Assembly: GCA_045863235.1 (NCBI GenBank)
Contig: BTUM01000030.1
Location: 17,543-81,542, forward strand
From: Candidatus Xenobia bacterium
Lineage (GTDB): Bacteria > Vulcanimicrobiota > Xenobia > Xenobiales > QWHO01
Direction of reading: 5' to 3'
DNA: 64,000 nucleotides
The notes below the pieces were generated by a model. It saw nothing but the letters and a program-made list of their open reading frames with translations, made no database searches and was not told where the DNA came from. The position numbers were made by a program, and so were the translations under genes. Positions 26,874 through 36,998 of the stretch are shown here, in pieces (the stretch's first letter is position 1; the number at the start of each line of letters is the position of its first letter).

Positions 26874-27908
26874 GTGCACCCTTACCTGGTCGAGCCGGGC
26901 TTGCTGGCCCGGGTTCCGCAGCTGCTTCGCGAGCAAGGCTTCGAGCGAGCCGTCCTGATCACCGATCAAGACGTCTATCGAGCCCAGTTCGGCGCCTTTA
27001 AGGATGGCTTCGAGCGACTCGACGTGGTGGGCATCGAGGCGGGCGAATCCCAGAAAACGTTGGACAACGCCCAGTGGATGTACGGCTGCCTGGCTCGCCT
27101 GGAGGTCGATCGACAGACCCCGATCCTGGTCTTCGGTGGTGGCGTCATCGGCGACCTGGGAGGCTTCGTGGCCGCCACCTACCTGCGCGGACTGCCTCTC
27201 TTCGGCATCCCCACCAGCCTGCTGGCCATGGTGGACAGTTCCATCGGCGGCAAGGTGGGCGTGGACCTGCCTCAAGGCAAGAACCTGGTGGGCGCTTTCT
27301 ATCCTCCCCGGGCGGTGTGGGCCGATCCCGAAGTGCTCTCCACCCTCCCCGAGAAGGAGGGCTCCAACGGCATGGCCGAGGTCATCAAGCATGGCCTGAT
27401 CGCCTCGCCGGAGCTCTTCGAGCTCTGCCGCCAGCTGCCGCCCTTCCCCGAGTGGAGCCTCGAGCAGCGCACCGAGCTGGTGCGAAGAGCGGCGCAGGTC
27501 AAGCTGGAGATCGTGACCCGCGACCCCAAGGAGCTGGGCGAGAGAGCCTTCCTCAACCTGGGCCACACCCTCGGTCACGCCCTGGAAACGGCCGGCGACT
27601 ACACGAGGCTGAGCCACGGCCAGGCCGTGGCGCTGGGCCTGCTGGCGGCCCACGAGCTGGCTCGACGCCAGAAATTGCTGGAGAAGCCCCTGCCGCTCAA
27701 GGAGACGTTGGAGCGCCACGGCTTGCCCACGAGGCTGGAGAAGGGCTTTGAGTGGACCCGGGTGGAGGCGGCTCTCTCCCAGGATAAGAAGCGGCTCAAC
27801 GGCAAGCTGCGCTTCGTTCTGCCCGTGCGTCCTGGTCTGGTCGAGCTGGTCAGCGGGGTGCCGCTAGAGCATGTGCGGGAGGTCTTTGAAGAGCTGTGCG
27901 CGTCTTGA
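26874..27908 (+). CDS. aroB: 3-dehydroquinate synthase
   Basis: [35 protein letters not shown] and [12 protein letters not shown]. Confidence 0.96.
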   Translation: MHPYLVEPGLLARVPQLLREQGFERAVLITDQDVYRAQFGAFKDGFERLDVVGIEAGESQKTLDNAQWMYGCLARLEVDRQTPILVFGGGVIGDLGGFVAATYLRGLPLFGIPTSLLAMVDSSIGGKVGVDLPQGKNLVGAFYPPRAVWADPEVLSTLPEKEGSNGMAEVIKHGLIASPELFELCRQLPPFPEWSLEQRTELVRRAAQVKLEIVTRDPKELGERAFLNLGHTLGHALETAGDYTRLSHGQAVALGLLAAHELARRQKLLEKPLPLKETLERHGLPTRLEKGFEWTRVEAALSQDKKRLNGKLRFVLPVRPGLVELVSGVPLEHVREVFEELCAS

Positions 27909-28327
27909 TCCTGAACGGTCCCAACTTGAACCTTTTGGGGCGGCGCGAGCCGGAGGTCTACGGCTCCACCACCTACGCCGAGCTGGTGGCGCTCTGCCAG
28001 AAGTGGGGCCAGGAGCTGGGCCTGAAGGTGGAGGTCTACCAGTCCAACCACGAGGGGGCCCTGCTCGACAAGCTGCATCAGACCGAGGCCGACTTCGTGG
28101 TGCTCAATCCCGGCGCCCTGACCCACACCTCGGTGGCTCTGCGCGACGCCGTGGCCGGGGTGGAGCTGCCCACCATCGAGGTCCACCTGAGCAACATCTA
28201 CGCTCGCGAGGAGTGGCGCCGGCGCTCGCTGGTCAGCGACGTCTGCAAGGGCGTCATCAGCGGGCTGGGCGTTCAGGGTTATCGGTTGGCTCTGAGCGCC
28301 GGCAAGGAGCTTTTCCCAGGAGGCTAA
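27896..28327 (+). CDS. aroQ: Type II 3-dehydroquinate dehydratase
   Basis: [39 protein letters not shown] and EVHLSN. Confidence 0.97.
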   Translation: MRVLILNGPNLNLLGRREPEVYGSTTYAELVALCQKWGQELGLKVEVYQSNHEGALLDKLHQTEADFVVLNPGALTHTSVALRDAVAGVELPTIEVHLSNIYAREEWRRRSLVSDVCKGVISGLGVQGYRLALSAGKELFPGG

Positions 28328-28354
28328 GCCATCCGGGCCGAAGTTTTCCCGGTC

Positions 28355-28834
28355 ATGAGACGCCTTGTTTGCATGCTGGGGCTGTTGGCTCTGCCGGCCC
28401 TCTGCCAGCCCGCCGCGGTGGCCGGGGTGGTGGTCAACGGCAGCACCCTCCATCCGGGCGCTCCCATGCCCCTGGTCATCGGTGTGATGGGGCCGCCCGA
28501 CTTCGTGCGGGCCATGCGCGGCCAGCGCCAGGAAGACGACTACGTGATGTTCACCTATCCCAACCACGGCGTCTCCTTCGACATCAACTCGAGCACCAAC
28601 AAAGTGCAGGGCATCCTGGTGGAGGGCTCCTCGGCCCGCCTGGAGGGGGTTCCCTTCCGCATCGGCGACAACCAGCTCAGCGTCACCTCCAGTTGGGGAC
28701 GGCCCGAGCGCACCGAGGTGGGCATGCTGGTCTACTGGCGACGGGGCGTCTACCTGGGACTGGACGACTCGGGAAGGATCCTGCGCGTCTTCTTGACCGA
28801 GCCCGGCCAGTTCCAGGAGGCCGGGCAGGGCTGA
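28355..28834 (+). CDS. Hypothetical secreted protein with a two-fold internal repeat
   Basis: Signal peptide; LHPGAPMPLVIGVMGPPD and FRIGDNQLSVTSSWGRPE resemble each other. Confidence 0.75.
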   Translation: MRRLVCMLGLLALPALCQPAAVAGVVVNGSTLHPGAPMPLVIGVMGPPDFVRAMRGQRQEDDYVMFTYPNHGVSFDINSSTNKVQGILVEGSSARLEGVPFRIGDNQLSVTSSWGRPERTEVGMLVYWRRGVYLGLDDSGRILRVFLTEPGQFQEAGQG

Positions 28835-28839
28835 GCGAG

Positions 28840-29670
28840 ATGATGGGCTTCCTGAACTTCTTGAAGCCCCCCGCCATGACGTCCCACGATGCCGTGGCCT
28901 GGCTGCGCCGTCAGCTGCCCCGAGGGACGCGCGTGGGCCACCTGGGCACCCTGGACCCGCCCGCCACGGGCGTGCTGCCGCTGGCGGTGGGAGCGGCCAC
29001 CCGCTGGATCCAGTTCCTGCCGCCGGCTCGCAAGAGCTATCGGGCCGAGCTCACTTTTGGCCTGGAGTCGGATACCCTGGACACGGCCGGCACCATTCTG
29101 GCTCGTCGGCCCGCCCCTCGGACCGATATCGAGCCCCTCCTGCAACGGATGCGCGGCTCGCAGATGCAGGTGCCTCCCGTGGTCAGCGCCCTGCGGGTCG
29201 AGGGCAAGCGCAGCTACGAGCGGGCGCGGGCCGGCGAGAGCGTGGAGCACGAGGCTCGGGCGGTGGAGATCTACCGCCTCGAGCTGATCCACGAGGATTG
29301 GCCACGCGTGTTGATCGACGTCGAGTGCAGCGCCGGCACCTACGTGCGCTCGCTGGCCCGCGACCTGGGCCAGCAAGTCGGCTGCGGGGCGGTGCTGTCG
29401 TTTCTGGTGCGCACCGCCTCGGGGCCGTTTCGTCTGGAAGAGGCCGTCACCGCCGAGGAGACCCCGCCCTTCCCGCTGGTCGGCCTGGAGACCGTGCTGG
29501 AGGGCCTGCCCCGGGTCAGGGTCCGGCCCGGTCTGATGCCCGGCCAGGAGTGCCCGGTGGAGGATCCACCCCCGGAGGGCACCACCGTGGTGCTGTTCGA
29601 TCCCGCCTTCGTGGGGGTGGGTCGCATGAAGAACGGCCTGGCTCGCCTGGTGAGGACGCCATGGCAGTAG
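28840..29670 (+). CDS. truB: tRNA pseudouridine(55) synthase TruB
   Basis: KPPAMTSHD, VGHLGTLDPPATGVL, QVPPVVSA and CSAGTYVRSLARDLG. Confidence 0.95.
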   Translation: MMGFLNFLKPPAMTSHDAVAWLRRQLPRGTRVGHLGTLDPPATGVLPLAVGAATRWIQFLPPARKSYRAELTFGLESDTLDTAGTILARRPAPRTDIEPLLQRMRGSQMQVPPVVSALRVEGKRSYERARAGESVEHEARAVEIYRLELIHEDWPRVLIDVECSAGTYVRSLARDLGQQVGCGAVLSFLVRTASGPFRLEEAVTAEETPPFPLVGLETVLEGLPRVRVRPGLMPGQECPVEDPPPEGTTVVLFDPAFVGVGRMKNGLARLVRTPWQ

Positions 29671-30926
29671 TGCTGGGCGGCCTGGTGCCGCACCCCCCGC
29701 TGCTGGTGCCCGAGGTCGGCGGCTCCCGCCTGGCCCAGGTGGAGTCCACCCGCCTGGCCCTGGAAGAGCTGTGCCGCGAGGTCTGTTCCCAGGCACCCGA
29801 GCGGCTGGTGCTGATCACCCCCCACGGCCCCTACCAGCGCAGCCGCATGAGCTGCCTGGCCGGTCCCCACCTGAGCGGCACTCTGGCGCGCTTCGGTTGC
29901 CCCGAGGTGAGGATCCAGTGGCCCTGCGACGAGGACTTTTGCGGCCGGCTCGACCACGAGGTCGACCTGGTCGAGGCCGAGCTGGATCACGCCCTCATGG
30001 TGCCCCTCTACTTTCTGCGTCAGGCCGGACTGGAGTGCCCGCTGGTGGCGCTGTCGGTCTCGGGCCTGCCGCGCCAGGCCCACCTGGCTCTGGGCCGCAG
30101 CCTGGCCCGGCTGGCCACCACCCCCACCGTCGTCCTGGCCTCGGGGGATCTCTCCCACCGCCTGAAGGCCGATGGACCGTACGGCTACGATCCTCGCGGA
30201 CCGCGCTTTGATGCGGCGGTGGTCCAGAGCCTGGAGCCGCTCGACCCCGAGGCCATCGGCTCGCTGGACGAGGACCTGGTGGAGGGCGCCGGCGTGTGCG
30301 GCCTCAAGCCGCTGATGGTGCTGCTGGGGGCCATGCCGAAGGCGCGGGGCAAGGTGCTCTCCTATGAGGGCCCCTTCGGAGTGGGCTATGCCGTGGCCCG
30401 GCTCGAGCCGCCCATCGACCCTGTCGGCCTGGCCCGCGAGGCGGTCGAAACCTTTGTGCGCGAGGGTCGTGAGCTGGAGCTGAGCGAGCCGCCCGAGGGG
30501 CTGCAGGCTCCCTGCGGCACCTTCGTGACCCTCAAGACCGACGACGGCGAGCTGCGCGGCTGCATCGGAACCCTGGCCCCCACCACCCCCAACCGGGCGG
30601 CCGAGATCGTGCGCAACGCGGTGGCCGCCTGCAGCCGCGATCCCCGCTTCCCGCCCGTGCAGCCCCACGAGCTTGGCCGGATGACTTACTCGGTCTACCT
30701 GCTCGACCCGCCCGAGCCGGCCCAGCCCGAGCAACTCGACCCGGCCGTGTTCGGCGTGATCATCCGCTCGCCCCTTGGGAAGAGCGGAGTGCTCTTGCCC
30801 GGCATTCCGGGCCTGGATACGGTCGAGCGCCAGCTCTCCGCCCTGCGCAGGAAGGCCGGCCTCTCGGCGGGCGAGCCGGTGACCCTGGAGCGCTTTCGGG
30901 TGCACCGTTTCGGAGAAGACGACTGA
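29661..30926 (+). CDS. Memo/LigB-like + AMMECR1 fusion (AmmeMemoRadiSam system protein)
   Basis: PHPPLLVPEVG, LDHALMVPL, ASGDLSHRL and YEGPFGVGY, then FVTLK...LRGCIGT, DPRFPPV and GVLLP. Confidence 0.88.
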   Translation: MAVVLGGLVPHPPLLVPEVGGSRLAQVESTRLALEELCREVCSQAPERLVLITPHGPYQRSRMSCLAGPHLSGTLARFGCPEVRIQWPCDEDFCGRLDHEVDLVEAELDHALMVPLYFLRQAGLECPLVALSVSGLPRQAHLALGRSLARLATTPTVVLASGDLSHRLKADGPYGYDPRGPRFDAAVVQSLEPLDPEAIGSLDEDLVEGAGVCGLKPLMVLLGAMPKARGKVLSYEGPFGVGYAVARLEPPIDPVGLAREAVETFVREGRELELSEPPEGLQAPCGTFVTLKTDDGELRGCIGTLAPTTPNRAAEIVRNAVAACSRDPRFPPVQPHELGRMTYSVYLLDPPEPAQPEQLDPAVFGVIIRSPLGKSGVLLPGIPGLDTVERQLSALRRKAGLSAGEPVTLERFRVHRFGEDD

Positions 30927-32558
30927 ATGGGCCTGCGTCTCAAAACCCAGCTCACGGCCCTGTTCTTGTTCCTGTTCGGCTTCTCGTTCTTCTGTCTGGC
31001 GTACTTCAACCTCAGTATGCTCAGCACGGCGGTGCACTCGAGGGCGGTGGAGCAGTCGCGCAACCTGGCCGCCCAGGTAGAGGACTGGCTCACCCGGGAG
31101 ATTCCCAAGAGCATCGGCGCGCGCGACCTCGACGAGGTGGCCATGCAGAATCCCAGCTCGCTGGTCCACTATCTCGAGCGCCTCAAGGACCTCAACTGCC
31201 TCGAAGTCTACTCCGTGCACGGGCATCCCCCCACGCGGCTTTTTCGCTACGGACAGGCCCAGCTCGAGCAGGCTCCCCACACGCGCTCGATGCAGCGAGC
31301 TCTGGAAGGCGAGCGGCACTATCGGCTCTGGGAGTACAGCTCGTCACAGGACTTGAAGGGCCGCGCCATCGAGGATGTCAGCCCCTTTTCCTCCGGACGG
31401 GTCCAGTTCGAATACTACGCCCCCATCTTTCGCTTGCCCGAGGTGGAGGGGGGCAAGCCAGATCGCTCGGACCAGGCCGGCGTGGTGCACATCTCCTTGT
31501 TGCTACCCAATACCCCTCTGCGTATCCGGGTGGCCGTCATCGGCAACCTGGTGCTGGGTCTGGTGTTCATCTTCACCGGCTTTCTTTCTCTGAACCTCTG
31601 GGCCCAGCACGCCATCAAGCGCCCCCTGGACGGACTCATGCGCGCCCGCGAGCGACTGGGCAAAGGCTACGGGGGCTCGGAGGTGGAGGATCTGCTGTCG
31701 GCCAACGAGCTGGTGGCCGTCTCCAACTCGCTCAATCGCCTTTCGCTGGACCTGAGCAAATACCAGGATGAGCTGGAAGAGAAGACGCGCCGCCTCGAGC
31801 AGGCCAACGACCGCTACCGCCAGCTCAACGAGGGACTCGAGCAGCAGGTGGAGGAGAAGACCCGCGAGCTGCGCGAGTTCTTCTCGCTGGTGACGCACGA
31901 CCTGCGCATTCCGCTGGCGGCCACTCAGGGCTACGCCGACCTTCTGACCCGGGGAAAGTCGGGCGAGCTGAACGACAAGCAGCGAAAGTTCGTCAAGAGC
32001 ATCCGCACAGCCAATTCGCACGCTCTGGAGCTGGTGCGCAACCTGCTCGACGCCATGCGCTACGAGGCGGGGCAGAACCAGCCGGTCATCGAGCGCTTCG
32101 ACTTTCACGAGCTGGTGCAGGAGGTGGTCTCGCACCTGGACATTCCCGACGACGACAGCCCCGATGGTCCGATCGAGGTGGAGATCCCCGATTTCGTCGA
32201 GGTCAGCGCCGACCGCACCCGCATAGGCCGCGTGCTGGGCAATCTGGTCAGCAACGCCCTGCGCCACATCTCTCCGGGGCAGCAGGTCAAACTGACGGCC
32301 CGGGTCGAGGGCCCCAACCTCCGCGTGGAGGTGGCCGATAATGGCCCGGGCATTCCGGCCGAGAACCTGCCCCTCTTGTTCTCCAAGTTCACCCACTTCC
32401 CCAGCGAGCGCGGGCCGAGCTCGGGGCTGGGCCTGGGCCTCTACATCGTACGAAGAATTCTGGAGAGTCACGGCGAAGCAATCCACGTCGAAAGCCGGGT
32501 GGGCGAAGGGTCACGTTTCTGGTTCCACCTGCCCGTTCACGAGGAGAACCAATCATGA
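30927..32558 (+). CDS. Membrane sensor histidine kinase
   Basis: Two TMs; H-box THDLRIPL, N-box NLVSNALRH, DNGPGI and GLGLGL. Confidence 0.93.
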   Translation: MGLRLKTQLTALFLFLFGFSFFCLAYFNLSMLSTAVHSRAVEQSRNLAAQVEDWLTREIPKSIGARDLDEVAMQNPSSLVHYLERLKDLNCLEVYSVHGHPPTRLFRYGQAQLEQAPHTRSMQRALEGERHYRLWEYSSSQDLKGRAIEDVSPFSSGRVQFEYYAPIFRLPEVEGGKPDRSDQAGVVHISLLLPNTPLRIRVAVIGNLVLGLVFIFTGFLSLNLWAQHAIKRPLDGLMRARERLGKGYGGSEVEDLLSANELVAVSNSLNRLSLDLSKYQDELEEKTRRLEQANDRYRQLNEGLEQQVEEKTRELREFFSLVTHDLRIPLAATQGYADLLTRGKSGELNDKQRKFVKSIRTANSHALELVRNLLDAMRYEAGQNQPVIERFDFHELVQEVVSHLDIPDDDSPDGPIEVEIPDFVEVSADRTRIGRVLGNLVSNALRHISPGQQVKLTARVEGPNLRVEVADNGPGIPAENLPLLFSKFTHFPSERGPSSGLGLGLYIVRRILESHGEAIHVESRVGEGSRFWFHLPVHEENQS

Positions 32559-33235
32559 CGGCTCCCATTCGCGTGTTGCTCGCCGATGACGTGGCCATGT
32601 TCCGCGAGATGCTTTACTCCACTCTGGAGGAGGAAGAGGACGTGGTGGTCGTCGGGGAGGCGGCCGACGGCCAGGAGGCGTTGGAGAAGTGCCTCGAGCT
32701 CGACCCCGACATCCTCATTCTGGACGTCGAGATGCCCCGCATGAACGGGGTGGAGGCTACCCGGCTGGTGGCCGAGCGCTGCCCCCGTACCAAAGTCGTC
32801 ATCCTGACTGCTTACGAGGACGATCAGCTCATCGTGCAACTGATCCAGGCCGGGGCCACCGGATATCTGCTCAAGGAGACCAGCACCGATGAGGTGGTGC
32901 GCGCCATCCGGGTGGCCCACACCGGCGAGTCCCTGATTCAGCCTCGAGTGGCCAACAAGATTCTGCGCATGATGGCCCAGATGGCCCCGCCTCAGCCCGC
33001 TCCCCGGGCCACCCAACACGACTCGGTGCGCGAGAAGCTCTCGCGGCTGACCTCGCGCGAGCTGGAGGTGCTCATTCAGGTCGGCAAGGGGATGAACAAC
33101 AAGGAGCTGGGTGCTCACTTCGTGATCTCCGAGCCGACCGTGAAGACGCACGTGGCCCGGCTGATGCAGAAGCTAGAGGTGCGCGACCGCATCGCGCTGG
33201 TGATGCTGGCGGCCGAAGCGCGTTTGTTGGATTAG
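32555..33235 (+). CDS. NarL/LuxR-family response regulator
   Basis: LLADD, LDVEMP and GYLLK receiver motifs, plus LTSRELEVL...TVKTHV HTH. Confidence 0.95.
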   Translation: MTAPIRVLLADDVAMFREMLYSTLEEEEDVVVVGEAADGQEALEKCLELDPDILILDVEMPRMNGVEATRLVAERCPRTKVVILTAYEDDQLIVQLIQAGATGYLLKETSTDEVVRAIRVAHTGESLIQPRVANKILRMMAQMAPPQPAPRATQHDSVREKLSRLTSRELEVLIQVGKGMNNKELGAHFVISEPTVKTHVARLMQKLEVRDRIALVMLAAEARLLD

Positions 33236-33326
33236 AGCTGCGCGCAGCGAGCAATCAGGTCGGCTAGAGGGTCTATCGACCCCCGGCAGCGTAGCGCCCC
33301 TGACACCACGAAGGGGTGTGCGGCCT

Positions 33327-34577
33327 TCAGGCTTTCTTGAGCCGAATGCGAAAGGTCGAGCCTTTGCCGGGCTGGCTCTCGAGCTCGATAGAGCCGCCCA
33401 TGCTGGCCAACAGGCTGCGGACGATCCAGAGGCCCAGACCGGTGCCCCGGGCGTTGCCCGTTTCGCCCCGCACGAAACGCTCGAACAGCCTCGGCTGGCG
33501 CTCGGGCGCAATGCCCGGGCCCGAGTCGATCACTTCGACCAGAACCTGGTCCCCTTCTGCCTGAGCCCGCACCGTGATGGGAGTGCCCCCGGGCGAGTAT
33601 TTGATGGCGTTGTCGAGCAGGTTGCCGAGAACTTGCTCGAGGCGGTTGGGATCGCCATGCACCCGCAGGTCGCCCGGCACCTCGACGGTGATCGGGTAGA
33701 GGGCGCGTCGATTCTCGGCCAGCTTGGAGCGCGAGAACTCCACCTCTTGCTCGATGGCCGACTTGAGCTCGACCGGGGTGGACGAGACCTCCAGAGCGCG
33801 TTCCTCGAACAGTGCGGTGGCATCGAGATAGGTCTCTACCAGCCGGATGGCCCGCTTGAGCGAGCCTTCCATGTCGTCGAGCACGTGGACCGCATCCGGG
33901 CTCGGGTTCAGCCGGCGCAGAAGGAAGATGCCGTTTTTCAAGACCGTGAGAGGGCCCTTGAGGTCGTGCGAGGCGATGGAGACGAAGGCCGACATGGCCG
34001 CGCTCCAGGCTTCCATCTCGCGAGAGTGGACCTGCTCGCGGTGTTGCTCCTTGAGGGCTTCCTCGCGTTCGTTGATCAGGCGGGAGTTCTCCACGCAGAT
34101 GGCCGCCTGGGCCACGAAGGAAGGCAGAATCTCCTTGCTGCCGGCGGAGAAACGCGAGGTGATCCGGCTATCGAGGTAGATCAGGCCGATCATGCGCTCT
34201 TGCACGATCATCGGCTCGATCAGGATGGAGCGCAGGCCATAGAGCTCGACCGAGCGGGAGGGGTCGGCTTCGTCCAGGGCGTTCTGCCGATCCACGCGCT
34301 GGCGGGTCCGCAAGGCGTGCAGGATGGACTTCTTGCTGGGCGTGAACTCCTCTTCGTCGAGCTCGGTGGCGTCCATCCGGTGGACGGCTTTGACGCGATA
34401 GGACTCTTCCGGACTGTCGGGGTCGGCCAGGATCAGCGAACCCCGCTCGGCCCCGGTGAACAGGACGGCGGAAGCCAGGATCTTCTGCAGCAGCTCATCC
34501 TGGTCGAGCACCGCCGTGATCGACCGAGAAACCTCGATCAGCCGAACGACGGCTTCGGGGGGGGCTTCAGGCGCCAT
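33327..34577 (-). CDS. Cytoplasmic GAF-domain histidine kinase
   Basis: GAF (AERGSLIL, IGLIYLDS, QAAICVEN), SHDLKGPL, NLLDNAIKYS and GTGLGL. Confidence 0.92.
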   Translation of the reverse strand: MAPEAPPEAVVRLIEVSRSITAVLDQDELLQKILASAVLFTGAERGSLILADPDSPEESYRVKAVHRMDATELDEEEFTPSKKSILHALRTRQRVDRQNALDEADPSRSVELYGLRSILIEPMIVQERMIGLIYLDSRITSRFSAGSKEILPSFVAQAAICVENSRLINEREEALKEQHREQVHSREMEAWSAAMSAFVSIASHDLKGPLTVLKNGIFLLRRLNPSPDAVHVLDDMEGSLKRAIRLVETYLDATALFEERALEVSSTPVELKSAIEQEVEFSRSKLAENRRALYPITVEVPGDLRVHGDPNRLEQVLGNLLDNAIKYSPGGTPITVRAQAEGDQVLVEVIDSGPGIAPERQPRLFERFVRGETGNARGTGLGLWIVRSLLASMGGSIELESQPGKGSTFRIRLKKA

Positions 34578-34642
34578 GGGCGCTCACTTCGGGCTCAGGC
34601 CCGGGCATTCCGCCCTGCAGAACGAAACTGCGACCAGACCTT

Positions 34643-35653
34643 CTAGAGCCAGCCTTCGCGGGCCATCAGCGAGCGCAGCTTGCGCAGGGCCCGCCCCTCT
34701 TGCTGGCGGACGGCTTCCTTGCTCACTCCAAAGGCTTCGGCCAGCTCTTGCAGGGTGCGAACCTCCTGGTTGCCCAGGCCGAAACGAAGCTCGAGCAGCT
34801 GCCGCTCGCGCTCGGTCAGCAGAGAGAAGAGGTAGCCCCAGTCGGCGCGGTTGAGAACGTCGGATGAGATACCCGTCTCGCTGGCGAGCAGGTCCTTGAG
34901 GCGGGTGTCGGAGGTGTCATCCCCGACCGGAGTCTCCAGCGAAACCGGCTCCTGGGCCATGGTCAGGATGTTCTTCAGGCGCCGCAGCGACTTCTTCTCC
35001 ATCTCCACGACCTTCTGCTGGACTCGCGGGTCGCTGGGGGGAAGGTCTTGCTTGAGGGCGCGCGAGAGCTTCCTGCGCACCTTCTCGGGGGAAACCGGGA
35101 AGAGTTGCTTGCTGGCTCGCTCGAGGGTCGGCTTCTCACCGTCCTTCTTGAAGGCCTGGGCGGAAATGCGTCCGTACTTGTGCACGATCTCGGTGACGTG
35201 GACGGGCAGCCGGATGGAGCGGCCCTTGTTGGCGATGGAGCGACTGATGGCCTGACGGATCCACCAGCAGGCATAGGTGGAGAAGCGACAACCGCGGGCC
35301 GGGTCGAACTTCTCGACCGCTTCCATCAACCCCATGTTGCCTTCTTGCACCAGATCCTGGAAGGTCAACCCCATTCCCAGGAACTTGCGGGCCATGCTCA
35401 AGACCAGGCGGAGATTGGCTTCAATCAAGCGCTCGCGGGCTTCCTGGTCACCTTGCTGGATGCGCTCGGCGAGCTCGCGCTCTTGCTCGCGGGTCAGCAG
35501 CTCGACCTGATAGACCTCGCGAAGGTATGCCGTGAGACTGCTGAAGTCTTGCTGCTCGTCGGCCTTGTCAGGCTTCCACGTCTTGAGGCTGCGGCGAGCC
35601 TGCCGGTCTTCCTGGGAGGTTTCCGGAAGATTTTCGATGTCAACAGCGAGCAT
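34643..35653 (-). CDS. RpoD-like sigma-70 factor lacking region 1.1
   Basis: YLREV..., [48 protein letters not shown] and region 4 HTH. Confidence 0.92.
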   Translation of the reverse strand: MLAVDIENLPETSQEDRQARRSLKTWKPDKADEQQDFSSLTAYLREVYQVELLTREQERELAERIQQGDQEARERLIEANLRLVLSMARKFLGMGLTFQDLVQEGNMGLMEAVEKFDPARGCRFSTYACWWIRQAISRSIANKGRSIRLPVHVTEIVHKYGRISAQAFKKDGEKPTLERASKQLFPVSPEKVRRKLSRALKQDLPPSDPRVQQKVVEMEKKSLRRLKNILTMAQEPVSLETPVGDDTSDTRLKDLLASETGISSDVLNRADWGYLFSLLTERERQLLELRFGLGNQEVRTLQELAEAFGVSKEAVRQQEGRALRKLRSLMAREGWL

Positions 35654-35870
35654 GGTGCGATCCTCCTACCTGCCCCTATGGTAGAGGCGGAGGGGGGGTA
35701 CGGTCGTCATACCAGGGTATGATGTTTCTGATATGTTAACTGGACTTTTCCAAAATATGTGCTAGGGCCCCGTTGGCCTTGGCTTTTGGGCTCCGGTCTG
35801 CTATTCTAGACCGGGTGGTGGGAGCGAACAGAGCGAGTTTAAGAGTGCCTGAGAGGTCGGGAGGGTTTCT

Positions 35871-36998
35871 TTGGTTCCTTCCACGTCGGTTCGTGGCTCG
35901 GGTTTGTCCGCGCTGAGGCGAACGACCACCGCGCGGCCCGAAGCTCCTCCACTCAAGAAGATGCCCGGCCAGCAATCGATGGCCGTCTTCTTCCGCTCCC
36001 TTGCGGTCATGTTTCAGGGCGGCGTGACGATTGATCGAGCGCTATCCCTGCTCAGTGTCCAGGAGGACCAGGCCATGGCCGAGGTGTGCAAGCGCATGGC
36101 TGATCAGGTGCGCCACGGCCACTCCCTTTCTCAGGCCATGGCTAAGAACGAGCCCGCCTTCACCAAGATGCACTACAAACTGGTCCAGGTGGGCGAGGCG
36201 ACCGGCAACCTGGACACGATCCTGGAGCAGTTGAGCCACTACGAAGAGAAGCGTCGGGCCACCACCATGAAGGTCAAGAGCGCCCTGACCTATCCGGCTT
36301 TCCTGTTTGCCATCTGCTGCTTGATGTTGATGATCCTGCCGCCCTATATGCTGGGGGGCATCTTCCAGGTCATTCAATCCTCGGGCTCGGAGCTTCCGCT
36401 GATCAGCAAGGTGGTGCTGGGAACCGCCATGTGGATGCGCACGCCCACGTTTTACGTGGTGCTTGTGGCCGTGCTGGTGGGGGGCTTTTTCCTGGGCCGC
36501 AAGGTCTGGAGCAGACCAGAGTCACGCCTGGCCCTCCAGCGCTTTGCGCTGGAAGCTCCTGGCCTGGGCAAGCTGGTGCGGGCGCTGGGTCTGAGCCGGT
36601 TTGCCAGGGCCTGGAGCATCCAGGTGGCCGTGGGGGTGGCTCCGGTGGCCGCTCTGCAACTGGCCGCCGAGTCCACCATGGACCCCTGCCTGGAAGAGGA
36701 CATCTCCCACAGCGTGACGGCCCTGCGCGACGGTTGCTCGATGCAGGCCAGCCTGGACGCCAGCGGCTACTTTCCCTCGCTTTTTTTACAGATGGTGGCC
36801 GTAGGCGAGGAGTCCGGCGGCCTTGAAGCCATGGTGAGCCGGGTGGCCCAGATTTACGAAGGTCAGCTCGACCACACCCTGGACACGCTGACCGCTCTGC
36901 TCGAGCCGTTCGTGATGCTGGTGATGGGAGCCATCGTGGGCGTCATCGTGGTGGCTACCATGCTGCCCATGATGCAGGTTCTGAACTCGTTCAGCTAG
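35871..36998 (+). CDS. pilC: Type IV pilus/T2SS platform protein (PilC/GspF family)
   Basis: FFRSLAVMFQGGV, VGEATGNL, KVKSALTYP, MVAVGEESG and LLEPFVM. Confidence 0.9.
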   Translation: MVPSTSVRGSGLSALRRTTTARPEAPPLKKMPGQQSMAVFFRSLAVMFQGGVTIDRALSLLSVQEDQAMAEVCKRMADQVRHGHSLSQAMAKNEPAFTKMHYKLVQVGEATGNLDTILEQLSHYEEKRRATTMKVKSALTYPAFLFAICCLMLMILPPYMLGGIFQVIQSSGSELPLISKVVLGTAMWMRTPTFYVVLVAVLVGGFFLGRKVWSRPESRLALQRFALEAPGLGKLVRALGLSRFARAWSIQVAVGVAPVAALQLAAESTMDPCLEEDISHSVTALRDGCSMQASLDASGYFPSLFLQMVAVGEESGGLEAMVSRVAQIYEGQLDHTLDTLTALLEPFVMLVMGAIVGVIVVATMLPMMQVLNSFS

